A DNA stretch of 61,615 nucleotides from a candidate division WOR-3 bacterium. GTDB lineage: Bacteria > Hydrothermota > Tepidihabitantia > Tepidihabitantales > Tepidihabitantaceae. This document shows positions 16,666 to 29,910 of this stretch, one piece after another. Numbering within the stretch: position 1 is the stretch's first letter; the number at the start of each line of letters is the position of its first letter. The position numbers and the translations under genes were made by a program. The DNA lies in the NCBI GenBank assembly GCA_965649205.1, contig CBFGJV010000015.1:1-61615 (forward strand), given 5' to 3'. The notes under the pieces are model-generated. The model was not told the DNA's origin and did not search any database. It saw only the letters and a list, made by a program, of their open reading frames with translations.

Positions 16666-19398
16666 TTCCCGCACCGCCGCCTGCGCCGCGGCCAGGCGCG
16701 CAACCGGAATGCGGTAGGGAGAACAACTCACATAGTCCATCCCAACGCGGTGGCAGAATTTCACCGATTCCGGGTCTCCGCCGTGTTCGCCGCAGATGCC
16801 TATTTTCAGGCCCGGTTTGGTGCGCCGACCTCGGGTTATGGCTTCCTGCACCAGGGTGCCCACTCCGTCCTGATCCAGAGTTTCAAACGGGTCCTGGCGT
16901 AGTATACCGCGCGCCAGATACTCCGGCAGAAAACCACCCACATCGTCGCGCGAAAAGCCGTAAGTCATCTGGGTGAGGTCGTTGGTGCCAAAAGAGAAGA
17001 AGTCTGCCTCGCGCGCCACCTGGTCCGCGGTGACAGCCGCTCTGGGCACTTCTATCATGGTACCTATCTGATAGGCAACTTTCGCCTTTTTCTCGCGGAA
17101 AACCTCTTCCGCCACTTTTTCCACCACGGCGCGCTGGCGCGCCAGTTCGTTCACATCGCTTACCAGAGGAATCATAATCTCCGGCCGCACATCCAGACCC
17201 GACCGTTTTACCTCGCAGGCGGCTTCGAAAATGGCCCGCGCCTGCATTTCCGTAATCTCAGGCATGATGATGCCCAGCCGGCAGCCGCGATTGCCCAGCA
17301 TAGGGTTCGCCTCGCGCAACTCCTGCGCCCGTTTCCGTAAGCGCGCTGGCGGCACGCCCAGCGCCCGCGCCGCGGCACGGATGTCCTTTTCTTCCTGCGG
17401 CAGGAATTCGTGTAGCGGCGGATCCAAAGTCCTGATGGTCACCGGCTTTCCCGCCATCTCCTGGAAGATGCCGACAAAGTCCTGGCGTTGCAAAGGCAAT
17501 AACGCAGCCAACGCCCGCTTGCGCTCCTCTTTGGTGTCAGCCAGAATCATGGCCCGGAATTTGTTTATGCGGTCCCCATCAAAGAACATATGCTCGGTAC
17601 GGCACAGGCCGATGCCTTCGGCGCCCAGCGCCACTGCCACCCGCGCCTGATCCGGCCGGTCGGCATTCGCCCGCACCCGCAACCGCCGCACCCTGTCTGC
17701 CCAGCGCATCACCCGGGCAAAACGACGGTAAACCGGCGCCTGCGCGGGTCTCAGGCTTTTGTCCACCAGTACGCGGATTACTTCCGAAGGAATCGTCTTT
17801 ATTTTCCCCTCGTACACTTCGCCCATAAATCCGTCCAGCGAAAGAAAGTCTCCCTCACGCAGTGTGCGCCGGCCTATGGTCACGGTTTTGCGGCGATAAT
17901 CGATGTGCGCATCTGCGCAACCTACCACGCACACCTTTCCCATCTGCCGGGCAACCAGGGCCGCGTGGCTGGTTAGACCGCCCCGGGCCGTAAGGATGCC
18001 GCTCGCCACTCTCATTCCCCTTATGTCTTCCGGACTGGTCTCTTCCCGCACCAGTATGAAGTGTTCCGGCTCGGCGTGCCGTTTTCCGGCGCTTTCCTGC
18101 CGGGACTTCTCGTAGGCGGCTTCCAGAGTGTCGGCCGTGAAGTAAATTCGTCCTGCCGCCGCGCCCGGCCCCGCAGCCAGGCCTTTCGCCAGAAGCCGGC
18201 GCTCTTCTGTGGCTTTCTTCTTCTCCTGCGGATCAAAGGTCGGTTGCAATAGATGCGCTATGGCGCCCGGGTCGATGCGCATCATCGCCTCATCCATGCT
18301 CAGCAGTCCCTCCCTCACCATATCCAGCGCAATGCGCACGGAAGCGAAGCCGGTGCGTTTTCCCGCCCGCGTCTGGAGTATATACAATTTTCCCCGTTCA
18401 ATGGTGAATTCTATGTCCTGCAGGTCGCGGTAGTGCGACTCCAGTTTCTTGCGAATAGTCACCAATTCGGCGTACACCGCCGGCATCATCCGGCGCAGCT
18501 CTTCCAGTTGCTGCGGCGTGCGGATGCCCGCCACTACATCTTCGCCCTGAGCGTTTAGCAGAAATTCGCCGTAGAACCAGTTTCTGCCCGTGGCCGGGTC
18601 GCGGGTAAAAGCCACGCCGGTGCCGGAATCATCGCCCATATTCCCGAATACCATAGCCTGCACATTTACCGCTGTTCCCCAGTCGTCGGGAATATTGTTC
18701 AAACGGCGGTACACCCGCGCCCGCTCGTTGTTCCAGGAACGGAATACCGCCGCAATGGCTTCCCACAATTGTTCCTGCGGGTCGGCGGGAAACATCTTGC
18801 CGGTGCGCCGCCGGACCAGTCGCTTGAAACTCTGCACCAATTCTTGCAACTCCTCCACGCTCAACTCGTAATCAAATTTCAACCCCCGCTTGCGTTTGAT
18901 CCGCTCTATTTCCACTTCGAACGGGTCTCGCTCTTCCTCGCTCGCCGGCTTCAAACCCAGCACCACATCGCCATAAGTTTGTATGAACCGGCGATAGGAA
19001 TCCCAGGCAAAACGGGGATTGTTACTGCTCTCGGCCAGGCCTTGTACCGTGCGATCATTCAATCCCAGATTCAGTACCGTATCCATCATGCCCGGCATGG
19101 AAGCGCGGGCGCCGGAGCGCACCGAGAAGAGCAGCGGTTGGTGCGGGTCCCCGAATTTGCGACCCATTATTCCTTCCACATAGCGGATGCCCTGTTCCAC
19201 CTCGGACCGCAACCGCGGAGGCATTTCTCCCCGCTGCAGGTAATAAACGCAGGCCGCGGTTGTGATGGTAAAGCCCGGCGGAACGGGCAGGCCCAGATTG
19301 GTCATCTCGGCCAGATTTGCACCCTTGCCGCCGAGAATGTCTTTCATCTGCGCCGAGCCTTCGGCCCGGCCATTGCCAAAACGGTAAACGTACTTCAT
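16642..19398 (-). CDS. ppdK: Pyruvate, phosphate dikinase
   Basis: LGGKGANLAEM, SVRSGARASMPGMMDT, GGLTSHAA (phospho-His), GLCRTEHMF, SFGTNDLTQ, GICGEHGG. Confidence 0.97.
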   Translation of the reverse strand: MKYVYRFGNGRAEGSAQMKDILGGKGANLAEMTNLGLPVPPGFTITTAACVYYLQRGEMPPRLRSEVEQGIRYVEGIMGRKFGDPHQPLLFSVRSGARASMPGMMDTVLNLGLNDRTVQGLAESSNNPRFAWDSYRRFIQTYGDVVLGLKPASEEERDPFEVEIERIKRKRGLKFDYELSVEELQELVQSFKRLVRRRTGKMFPADPQEQLWEAIAAVFRSWNNERARVYRRLNNIPDDWGTAVNVQAMVFGNMGDDSGTGVAFTRDPATGRNWFYGEFLLNAQGEDVVAGIRTPQQLEELRRMMPAVYAELVTIRKKLESHYRDLQDIEFTIERGKLYILQTRAGKRTGFASVRIALDMVREGLLSMDEAMMRIDPGAIAHLLQPTFDPQEKKKATEERRLLAKGLAAGPGAAAGRIYFTADTLEAAYEKSRQESAGKRHAEPEHFILVREETSPEDIRGMRVASGILTARGGLTSHAALVARQMGKVCVVGCADAHIDYRRKTVTIGRRTLREGDFLSLDGFMGEVYEGKIKTIPSEVIRVLVDKSLRPAQAPVYRRFARVMRWADRVRRLRVRANADRPDQARVAVALGAEGIGLCRTEHMFFDGDRINKFRAMILADTKEERKRALAALLPLQRQDFVGIFQEMAGKPVTIRTLDPPLHEFLPQEEKDIRAAARALGVPPARLRKRAQELREANPMLGNRGCRLGIIMPEITEMQARAIFEAACEVKRSGLDVRPEIMIPLVSDVNELARQRAVVEKVAEEVFREKKAKVAYQIGTMIEVPRAAVTADQVAREADFFSFGTNDLTQMTYGFSRDDVGGFLPEYLARGILRQDPFETLDQDGVGTLVQEAITRGRRTKPGLKIGICGEHGGDPESVKFCHRVGMDYVSCSPYRIPVARLAAAQAAVREGGVGSRG

Positions 19399-19482
19399 AT
19401 CTCTCCTGTTCTATACCCGCCTGTCGTTATTCTTCCCCTGTTACCTCTTCTATTTTTGCTTCTTGTGCGTGCGTATGCTACG

Positions 19483-19704
19483 CTAGCGTCGCAGGAATAG
19501 GTTCAACAGCAGGGTCAAGACCAACGAAAGGAGCAAAGCGGATGCCAGCGGCACATAAACGGTCAGTCCGGGTTTCTGAATGAGTATGTCGCCCGGCAAT
19601 CTGGGCAGGCCGAAACGGGCAGCAGCGATGATGCCTATGCCCAGAAGTATGAGCGCCAGTCCCAGAAAAATGAGCGTCCGGCCCAGCGGTATCAGGCTGT
19701 TCAT
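19483..19704 (-). CDS. DUF2905 family small membrane protein
   Basis: RLPGDI...YVPLAS.LLLS pattern. Confidence 0.8.
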   Translation of the reverse strand: MNSLIPLGRTLIFLGLALILLGIGIIAAARFGLPRLPGDILIQKPGLTVYVPLASALLLSLVLTLLLNLFLRR

Positions 19705-19955
19705 AACTCTTTGTCTTCGTCGGCGCCTTCCTGTTCCTGGCTCAGAAAACCTTCGACCAGTTCTTTCGCCGCTTGCAGATTATCCTCTTCTACCAGCACT
19801 TCGCCCCACGCCGGCCGCATCATCTGGGCGATGCCGTCGTAAGCCGGAATCTGATAGGAGTGCACCATCGCCGGTATTCCGTTCTGCTCCAGAAGGTCCT
19901 TCAAACTCTGCGCCATAAACTCATCTGCCGGTCTATAAACCACTGCCAGAGCCAT
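19701..19955 (-). CDS. DUF2007 / putative signal-transducing domain protein
   Basis: AQSLKDLLEQNGIP...EVLV...AKELV; promoter TTGACC-N16-TATACT precedes ATG 19955. Confidence 0.75.
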   Translation of the reverse strand: MALAVVYRPADEFMAQSLKDLLEQNGIPAMVHSYQIPAYDGIAQMMRPAWGEVLVEEDNLQAAKELVEGFLSQEQEGADEDKEL

Positions 19956-20018
19956 AGTCAATATAGAGTATAGCCCTACTCTCGGCCGGGTCAAACTCCC
20001 CTGATGTTCCTGCCGTCT

Positions 20019-20915
20019 TTATTTCTGTTCCACTTCTGCCGCTACCCAGGAGAGGCCCGAATCAGTCGTCAACACGATGGTGCCATTGCGACCGCAGGCG
20101 CAACCCAGTTCTCCATCGGGACGGAAGCTGAGTCCCAATAGGTCCTCGCCCGTGTTGCAGCAGGCTTGTATCCAGCTGTTGCCGCCGTCCATGGTGTAAA
20201 GTACTGTCCCGGCGCTACCCACGCAGACGCCTTGTTCTGTCCCCTGCAGGAAGCAGATGGCACTGAAATCGGCGTACGCGGCCGGCGTTTCCAGACGGCG
20301 CCAGTCACTGCCGCCGTCTTCGGTGCGCAGAATCGTGCCTTTTTCCCCGCAGGCAAAACCCAGCAGGTCATCTGCGGGAAAGCACACAGAACACAAAGTC
20401 ACTCTGCCCACCATTTCCACTTCTGCCGGAAGAAACCAACGTTCACTGCCCGGTGTCTTTTTGAGAATCGTGGAATCTGCGCCGACGATGAATCCGGTTT
20501 CTTCGTCCACCGGAAAGTCCAGCGCCCGCAGGTCTGCGTTGGTGGGCACGGGGATCTGGCGCCAGGTTTCTCCCTGGTCTTCGGTACACAGGAGCAGGCC
20601 GCAGGCGCCCGCCACATAGCCCAGACTGGGCAGGGGGAATCGCACCGCGTACAGATCTTGGCCGATACCCAGACTAATCCGTTCCCAGCCTCGGCCCCCG
20701 TCTCGCGAACGCAACAACGTTCCTTTTCTTCCGGTTATGAATCCGAGCGACAAATCCTGACTGAACCACACCGCCAGCAGGTCTTCCTGTGTGGGCACTT
20801 CTGTCTTTTGCCAGGTGTTGCCGCCGTCTTCTGTCACCAGTAACACTCCCCGGGCCCCCACGCAAAAACCGAGCTTGCCCTCTCCGGGCAACGTCACAGA
20901 ATACAAATCGACCAT
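20019..20915 (-). CDS. YCF48-related / BNR-repeat beta-propeller protein
   Basis: Repeated G..G..L.T.DGG.[ST]W motifs. Confidence 0.85.
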   Translation of the reverse strand: MVDLYSVTLPGEGKLGFCVGARGVLLVTEDGGNTWQKTEVPTQEDLLAVWFSQDLSLGFITGRKGTLLRSRDGGRGWERISLGIGQDLYAVRFPLPSLGYVAGACGLLLCTEDQGETWRQIPVPTNADLRALDFPVDEETGFIVGADSTILKKTPGSERWFLPAEVEMVGRVTLCSVCFPADDLLGFACGEKGTILRTEDGGSDWRRLETPAAYADFSAICFLQGTEQGVCVGSAGTVLYTMDGGNSWIQACCNTGEDLLGLSFRPDGELGCACGRNGTIVLTTDSGLSWVAAEVEQK

Positions 20916-20929
20916 ACTCCCTCCCTGCC

Positions 20930-21613
20930 TCACACCTTTTCTTCCCTGAGTATGATAATCGGTGTCATTTCATCACCCTGTCCTGCCGGATTGTCTTTCA
21001 TCGCCAGTTGGACAAGTTGTCGGTCGAGACCGTCGCTGGCGCCCACCACCTGACAACCGAAAATATCATTGGCGTCCACCACCGCCGCTTCGCAGCCGAT
21101 AATTTCCTTCATCTGGCGTGCGACTTCATCCGGATCGCGCGGTCCCTTTATCACATACTCGTAGTATTCCTTCACTCCCGAGGTATGCGCCGCATCAATC
21201 ATTGCCGCCTGCGGCCCGGCCACCCGGTAGAAGTCTCCGGACCTTCCGCGCAACTTACCCCAGGCGCCGGCGAGTGCGGCCCGCAGAATGCGCGCCGCTC
21301 CCACCTCGTCAATAGCGCATTGCATAGACCAGGGACTACGCAGACCTATGCCATAAGGCACCTTTTTCACAAACCGCCACAGCACATTGGCCCAGAATCC
21401 GGGTTTTATCTGGCTCACCGGAATGGCCCGACCCTGCATTATCGCCACCGGACTTTCGGCAAAGGTGACTATGTCGCCCGGCTGCGCCAGTGGCACCACA
21501 AACCGGCGCAAAATGTCAGCCAGATTGTCTTTTTCGGTTATCAGGCCGGTTTTTATCCAGATGCGACGGATCCGCCGCCCCAATACTTCCACCACTTCCG
21601 GTTTAGGTTTCAC
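20930..21613 (-). CDS. Coenzyme F420-0:gamma-glutamyl ligase family protein
   Basis: GDIV..AES.VAIMQGR, VVDANDI, DNPAGQGDEMTP. Confidence 0.75.
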   Translation of the reverse strand: MKPKPEVVEVLGRRIRRIWIKTGLITEKDNLADILRRFVVPLAQPGDIVTFAESPVAIMQGRAIPVSQIKPGFWANVLWRFVKKVPYGIGLRSPWSMQCAIDEVGAARILRAALAGAWGKLRGRSGDFYRVAGPQAAMIDAAHTSGVKEYYEYVIKGPRDPDEVARQMKEIIGCEAAVVDANDIFGCQVVGASDGLDRQLVQLAMKDNPAGQGDEMTPIIILREEKV

Positions 21614-21698
21614 CAGACTAAACTACTGCGCCGCGCAAAAAAATCAAGCCCCTGCCCTCGCTTCCCTGTCCGCAGTTTCTTGCCTATACTTGGCGCAG

Positions 21699-23309
21699 AT
21701 GTCCCAGCCGCACGACCCGCAAACCCGTTTCACCCGCCGGGTAGGTCTGTTTACGCTTGGCACGCTCATCTCCCGTCTTTTAGGCGTGGTGCGCGAATCT
21801 GTATTCGCCTATCTGTTCGGTGCGGGTCTGGCCACCGACGCTTTCAATGTGGCTTTTCGCATACCCAACTTCCTGCGCGACCTTTTTGCCGAAAGCGCTT
21901 TGTCTGCCGCCTTTGTGCCCACCTTTGTACAGCAATTGAAGCAGGACAAAGAGAAAGCCTGGCGCTTTGCGGCAAATATGTTTAACTTCATACTCCTCGC
22001 TGTCGGTCTTCTGGTTCTTCTCGGTATCATCCTTGCGCCGCAGATTACCCGTCTGGTGGCTATGGGCTTTACAGCCGACGCCGCCAAACTGCATCTGACC
22101 GCGCACCTTACCCGGCTTATGTTTCCCTTCCTGCTTTTTGTGGCGCTGGCCGCCTGGGCGATGGGCATCCTTAACGCCTCCGGCGTCTTTTTTATTCCGG
22201 CTCTGGCTCCGGCCGCTTTCAATGTCTTTTCCGTCGCCGTGCCTCTTGCCGCCTATGGTTGGCTGCGCAGCCGCGGGGTAGAACCAATTGTCGGAATGGC
22301 TGTGGGCGTTTCTCTCGGCGCTGTCGCCCAGTTTCTCCTGCAGTATCCCCATCTGCGCCAGCACGGTTTTCGCTACCGGCCGGTGCTGGATTTCTCTGAC
22401 CCGGCGCTGCGCCAGGTGGGCAGACGTTGGTTGCTGGTAGTGCTGGGCCTTTCCACCTGGCAGATAAGTTTTCTGGTCAACACCTTCCTCCTCACCTTTC
22501 TTCCCCAAGGCTCTGTAACCTGGGTCAGCTATGCCTACCGCCTGCAACATTTGCCGGCCGGACTGTTTGGCGTGGCTATCGGTTCCGTCGCTTTAGCCGA
22601 ATACTCGCACGCCGGACCGGAAAATATCCGGCCCGGCTTTCAGCACGCCATGGGTCTTGCCTCCGCCTTTACCCTGCCCGCTTTTTTCCTTCTGCTCTTT
22701 CTGGCTGTGCCGGTAGTGCGGCTGGTGTATGAGCACGGACGCTTCACTCCGGCTGATACTGTCTGCACCGCGCAGGCGCTCGCTCTTTACGCCTTAGGTA
22801 TCTGGCCCGCGGCCGTCACCCGCAACTGCGCGGCCGGATTCTACGCCCTGGGCGATACCCGCACGCCGGCGCTGGTCGCCGCATTTGTGGTAGCCTGCGG
22901 CATCTGTCTCAATCTGATACTGATGCGCTTCATTGGCTTTCGCTCCTTTCCTTTGGTCACCTCGCTCGTACAAACTCTGAATTTCCTTTTGCTCTTTTTT
23001 CTCCTGCGCCGAAAAACTGGCGGACTCGGCGGCCGCCAGATGGTTCGCCCTCTTCTCAAAATCTTCGCTGCCTCTCTTTTGGGTGGCGTCGCCGCCCTGC
23101 TTGTGTCCCGTATCTGGCAACTGCTGTTGCCCGCCAAAAACATCTGGCTGGAAGCCGCTCAACTGCTCCTCGCCGGCTCCTGCGGACTGGTTGTCTTCTA
23201 CTTCAGCGCCCGCCTTCTCCGCTCCCGGGAAGTAACCGACGCTCTTACGCAACTTACCCGGCAGACGCCCCGACCGGATTCTTCCCCTGTTTCTTTTGAG
23301 TCTAAGTAG
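21699..23309 (+). CDS. murJ: Lipid II flippase MurJ
   Basis: SRLLG.VRE, DAFNVAFRIPNFLRDLFAE, many TM helices; start ATG 21699. Confidence 0.93.
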   Translation: MSQPHDPQTRFTRRVGLFTLGTLISRLLGVVRESVFAYLFGAGLATDAFNVAFRIPNFLRDLFAESALSAAFVPTFVQQLKQDKEKAWRFAANMFNFILLAVGLLVLLGIILAPQITRLVAMGFTADAAKLHLTAHLTRLMFPFLLFVALAAWAMGILNASGVFFIPALAPAAFNVFSVAVPLAAYGWLRSRGVEPIVGMAVGVSLGAVAQFLLQYPHLRQHGFRYRPVLDFSDPALRQVGRRWLLVVLGLSTWQISFLVNTFLLTFLPQGSVTWVSYAYRLQHLPAGLFGVAIGSVALAEYSHAGPENIRPGFQHAMGLASAFTLPAFFLLLFLAVPVVRLVYEHGRFTPADTVCTAQALALYALGIWPAAVTRNCAAGFYALGDTRTPALVAAFVVACGICLNLILMRFIGFRSFPLVTSLVQTLNFLLLFFLLRRKTGGLGGRQMVRPLLKIFAASLLGGVAALLVSRIWQLLLPAKNIWLEAAQLLLAGSCGLVVFYFSARLLRSREVTDALTQLTRQTPRPDSSPVSFESK

Positions 23310-23317
23310 TAAGGAAT

Positions 23318-24268
23318 ATGCCAACAGTTGAAACACAAAAAAATATACCCAAGAACATACCGGTGCTTCTGGCCGGATGGCCAGGTATGGGAAATGTGGG
23401 CATAGGTGCGGCTGACTATCTCCGCCGCAAACTGAAAGGCGTGGAATGCGCCCGCATTGATGTCACCCGTTACTGTTTTCCTGAATCAATCGAAGTAGAA
23501 GCAGGCATTGGCCGCATACCCGAGCCTCCCGCTCACATCATCTATCTTGTTTCTGAACCACCCCTCTTTATTTTCGAAGGCGAAGTGCAGTTTGGCGGCG
23601 AGGCGGGAATTTCTATTGCTCAAGAGCTTCTGGACTTTGCCGTGGCGCATGGCGTCAAGACGGTATACACCGGCGCCGCCTTTGCCACGCCTATAAGCGC
23701 CCGGGAGCCGGCGCGGGTTTTCGGCGTCGCCACCGACGAAAAGCTGAAAAAAATCTTCCCCTCTCTAGGGGTGGAGCCTCTGCCGGAAGGCAGAATCTCT
23801 GGCCTCAACGGTCTGCTTTTGGGACTGGCCGGTTCCCGCGGTCTTCCTGCCGCCTGCTTTTTGGCCACTATGCCTCACTACGCGGTCCAGACTCCTTATC
23901 CCAAGGCGTCCAAGGCTGTCGTGCAGGTGATACAGCGCCTGCTCAACACCTCGGTGGATATGACCGAAATAGACACCGCCATTGGCGAATCTGACCGCGT
24001 ACTGAGCGAGTTTGAATCCCGCGTGAACGAAGCGCTGCAGGCGCTCAAACGTCAGTTCGAAGGCCAAAGCGAGGAACAACCGGAAGAAGAGGAGACTCCC
24101 GAACCCCACGAAGTAATGGAGCGGATTGAAAGAATGTTTGAAATGGTGCAGCGCGACAAATCCAAGGCCGCGGCACTCAAAGCCGAACTGGACCGGCTGG
24201 GACTATTCCACCTCTACGAAGACCGGTTTTTGGACCTTTTCGACAAAAAGAACCGTAACAAGGAATAA
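23318..24268 (+). CDS. PAC2 (proteasome assembly chaperone-like) family protein
   Basis: GWPGMGNVG, ISGLNGLLLG, PYPKAS. Confidence 0.8.
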   Translation: MPTVETQKNIPKNIPVLLAGWPGMGNVGIGAADYLRRKLKGVECARIDVTRYCFPESIEVEAGIGRIPEPPAHIIYLVSEPPLFIFEGEVQFGGEAGISIAQELLDFAVAHGVKTVYTGAAFATPISAREPARVFGVATDEKLKKIFPSLGVEPLPEGRISGLNGLLLGLAGSRGLPAACFLATMPHYAVQTPYPKASKAVVQVIQRLLNTSVDMTEIDTAIGESDRVLSEFESRVNEALQALKRQFEGQSEEQPEEEETPEPHEVMERIERMFEMVQRDKSKAAALKAELDRLGLFHLYEDRFLDLFDKKNRNKE

Positions 24269-24290
24269 CGGCTTTCCTCTGCGTCTCCGC

Positions 24291-24969
24291 TCAGCGCACC
24301 AGGGGCCACAACGCCCACAAACCGCGCACGCGCAACAGCAGAGTGCCGTACAACAGTCCCCGGGAAGTTAGATACCCTATCGCCCAGCGACTCACCACTC
24401 CTGCCTCTTCGGCCAGCTCCAGACCGGTCCAGTCCTTCTCTTCCTTTTCCCGCTGGACAATAAGTGGCCAGATGGCGGCAGAAAAGTGGCTGGGCATCTG
24501 CCCGGATATGTACTGCACCCTTTCCGCCGGCCACACTACCGGCTCATAATCCGGCCGCTCCTGCCTGACCTCCTCCACCACCGGTATGCCCTCTTCCTCC
24601 GGGTCGCAACCAAGAAACCGCCGCATTTCGGCCAGCGTGGCAAACTCATAAACCCGCACTATGGCTAAATCTGAACCGCGCTCATAGTGCGACGCCAGCC
24701 AGTCGCGAATCAGACTCCAGCGAAACTGGCCGCAATAGTACTGCTTCTGCTCCAGAATCTGCTCTCGGTCAAACCCCGGCGCTGCGCCTGTCCACACCGG
24801 CTCATCTATCAGCATCATCGCCACCCGGTAGGCGTGCAGATTAATGCGATTCAGCTTTCCCTCTGTTACCAGCTCCACATTCATCTGCAGCGCTTCCTCT
24901 GCCGGCTGTGGCGGTCGGCAACCCGCCAACACCGCCAGCACACCCCCCCCCCGCCAGCGCCTTCCTCAT
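24291..24969 (-). CDS. Putative lipoprotein, frameshifted at a G10 tract in its signal peptide
   Basis: ATG 24969 MRKALAGGG is out of frame with VLAVLAGC-RPP...; G9 or G12 restores a lipoprotein signal peptide. Confidence 0.6.
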
Positions 24970-25028
24970 AGCCAGGTATACTCTTCTGCTATCAGCTTTT
25001 ACTTCCAGTCCGTCGCCTTGTCTGCTGG

Positions 25029-25717
25029 CTAGAGGTCAAATCGGGAACCGTTCTGGGCCAGCCAGTTCTTACGTTCTGCCCAGTCGGGCATGGCGCGGGC
25101 TAGAATTCGCCAGAACTCAGCAGTGTGGAGAGGTTCTTTCAGGTGCGCAAGCTCGTGAAGCACAACATACTCCACGGCGCGCTTCGGCAACAACACGACG
25201 CGCCAATGGAAATAGAGCGTTCCATTCTTACCGCACGACGCCCACCTGCAACCTACATCCCTTACAACGACTCTCTTTGGCTTCGCTCCAACTTGGAAAG
25301 CCAGACGCTCCACCACACCAGCAACACACTCGACCGCGCGGGCCGTGTACCAGGCGACAAAAATCTCACGTCCCTTCGCCGCTGCCGAACGCGGGAGCAC
25401 GAACCGCCCGCTACGCAGAATCAGCCGGTCAACATCGTCAGCCAGCTTTAGACGATAAGACCGTCCCAGGTAATAGAAACCTTCGCCAGATACATACTCC
25501 TTCGGCACGTAAGGCCGAACCAGTAGCTTCTTCTCGGCAAGCGTCTTGTACACCCAGGCACGCTGACGGGCGACAACCTTGGCAAGCTCGGCATCAGCCA
25601 AGTTAGTAGGGGCTTTGAGCTTCAAACTACAGTCTCGGTCAACGGTAATCTCGACCGACCGCCGGCGAGGACTACGTGCAACCTCAAAGGTCAAATCACC
25701 GACTCTCAATAATGCGC

Positions 25718-25721
<4 letters not shown>
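25029..25721 (-). CDS. YgjP/DUF45 (M48/SprT-like) zinc metalloprotein
   Basis: RWASC, YVVLHELAH, HTAEFW; ATGA overlap with the hsdR stop. Confidence 0.88.
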
Positions 25722-28938
<3,217 letters not shown>

Positions 28939-28942
<4 letters not shown>

Positions 28943-29754
28943 CTGTCCTGTCGGCCTGATCCGTCCGATCCGTCCAATGAGCGCGTGCCCTTGCACGCGG
29001 GGAAGCCGGTACAGCCGAGGAACATCTTGCCGGCGCGTGGCCCTTTGCGGGCAGTGCGCAGGGTCATCGGCTTGCCGCAGAGCGGGCAGTTGGGCAACGT
29101 CCGATCCGTCCTATCCGACCGATCGGTCGGATCCGTCATCCTCCGCTCCTGCTCCGCGATGCGCGCTGCAGCCAGTTGTTCGCTGTACCCGCCTTGCTTC
29201 ACGAAGCCGCGCTCCAAGTCCGCGGTCTGCTGGTCGAGCAGAAAGTTGGCCTGGTGAAACAGACAGATACCCGCATTGGCCACCACGTCCGGGTCAGGTG
29301 AGCCAAGCCAGCGCGAGTAATACGTCTGATCCGTCTGCTCGGTCTGATCCGTCCGATGCCAATTCCTCACCTCTCGCGCCTCGGGGTCGCCCTTTGCCCA
29401 CTGCCTGAGCCCCCGCTGGCGCAGGAAATCCTCGTAGTCGAGCAGCAGCTCGTCCAAGCTGGCACGGGCTACGTTCACCAGCCGAAGCTCGGTCTGGCTT
29501 GTGGTAGCGGAGGCACGGCTGCCCTCGGCGATATTCTGCTTCCCGGAGCGCGCCGCATGTACCATCTGGTCGCGCAGACGCGACTTGGGGTCAACAAATC
29601 GGTCGCAGAAGGCAACGGTGGCGTCGTAGATGGCGGTCGCCACCTGAAACGACCGCAACTCGCGGTAACCGCCACTCGGCCGGAGCCGCCGGTAGCGCCC
29701 TTTGCCGGCCGGTCCGTCCGTTCGGCCAGCTCCGTCCGATTCGTGCCAGTTCAC
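28939..29754 (-). CDS. Four-helix-bundle protein with suffix domain and C-terminal topoisomerase-type C4 zinc ribbon
   Basis: DQMVHAARSGKQNIAEG, VARASLDELLLDYEDFLRQR, GGYSEQL, CPLCG...FLGCTGFPAC. Confidence 0.88.
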
Positions 29755-29789
29755 TTCACCCTCAGCTTCCCAGTCAGCAGACCTTGCAT
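29751..29789 (-). pseudogene. Relic of an hsdS 3' end (MQGLLTGKLRVK*)
   Basis: Matches the conserved HsdS C-terminus [12 protein letters not shown] of the intact hsdS; its TGA overlaps the GTG start of the next gene. Confidence 0.7.
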
Positions 29790-29877
29790 GCGAGACTATG
29801 TGGATGGCAGTTCCATGCGGTCATAAAACACTGTAACAAGCTAAACCACCCTGGAATGTGCCGCCGTCCCTCAATAC

Positions 29878-29905
29878 TTGACAAAGCAGTTACAGTTGCT
29901 AGTAT
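29878..29905 (+). promoter_or_regulatory. Promoter for a putative small RNA, antisense to the R-M operon
   Basis: TTGACA-N16-TAGTAT with extended -10 TG; no credible plus-strand CDS follows. Confidence 0.65.
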
Positions 29906-29910
29906 TAGTT

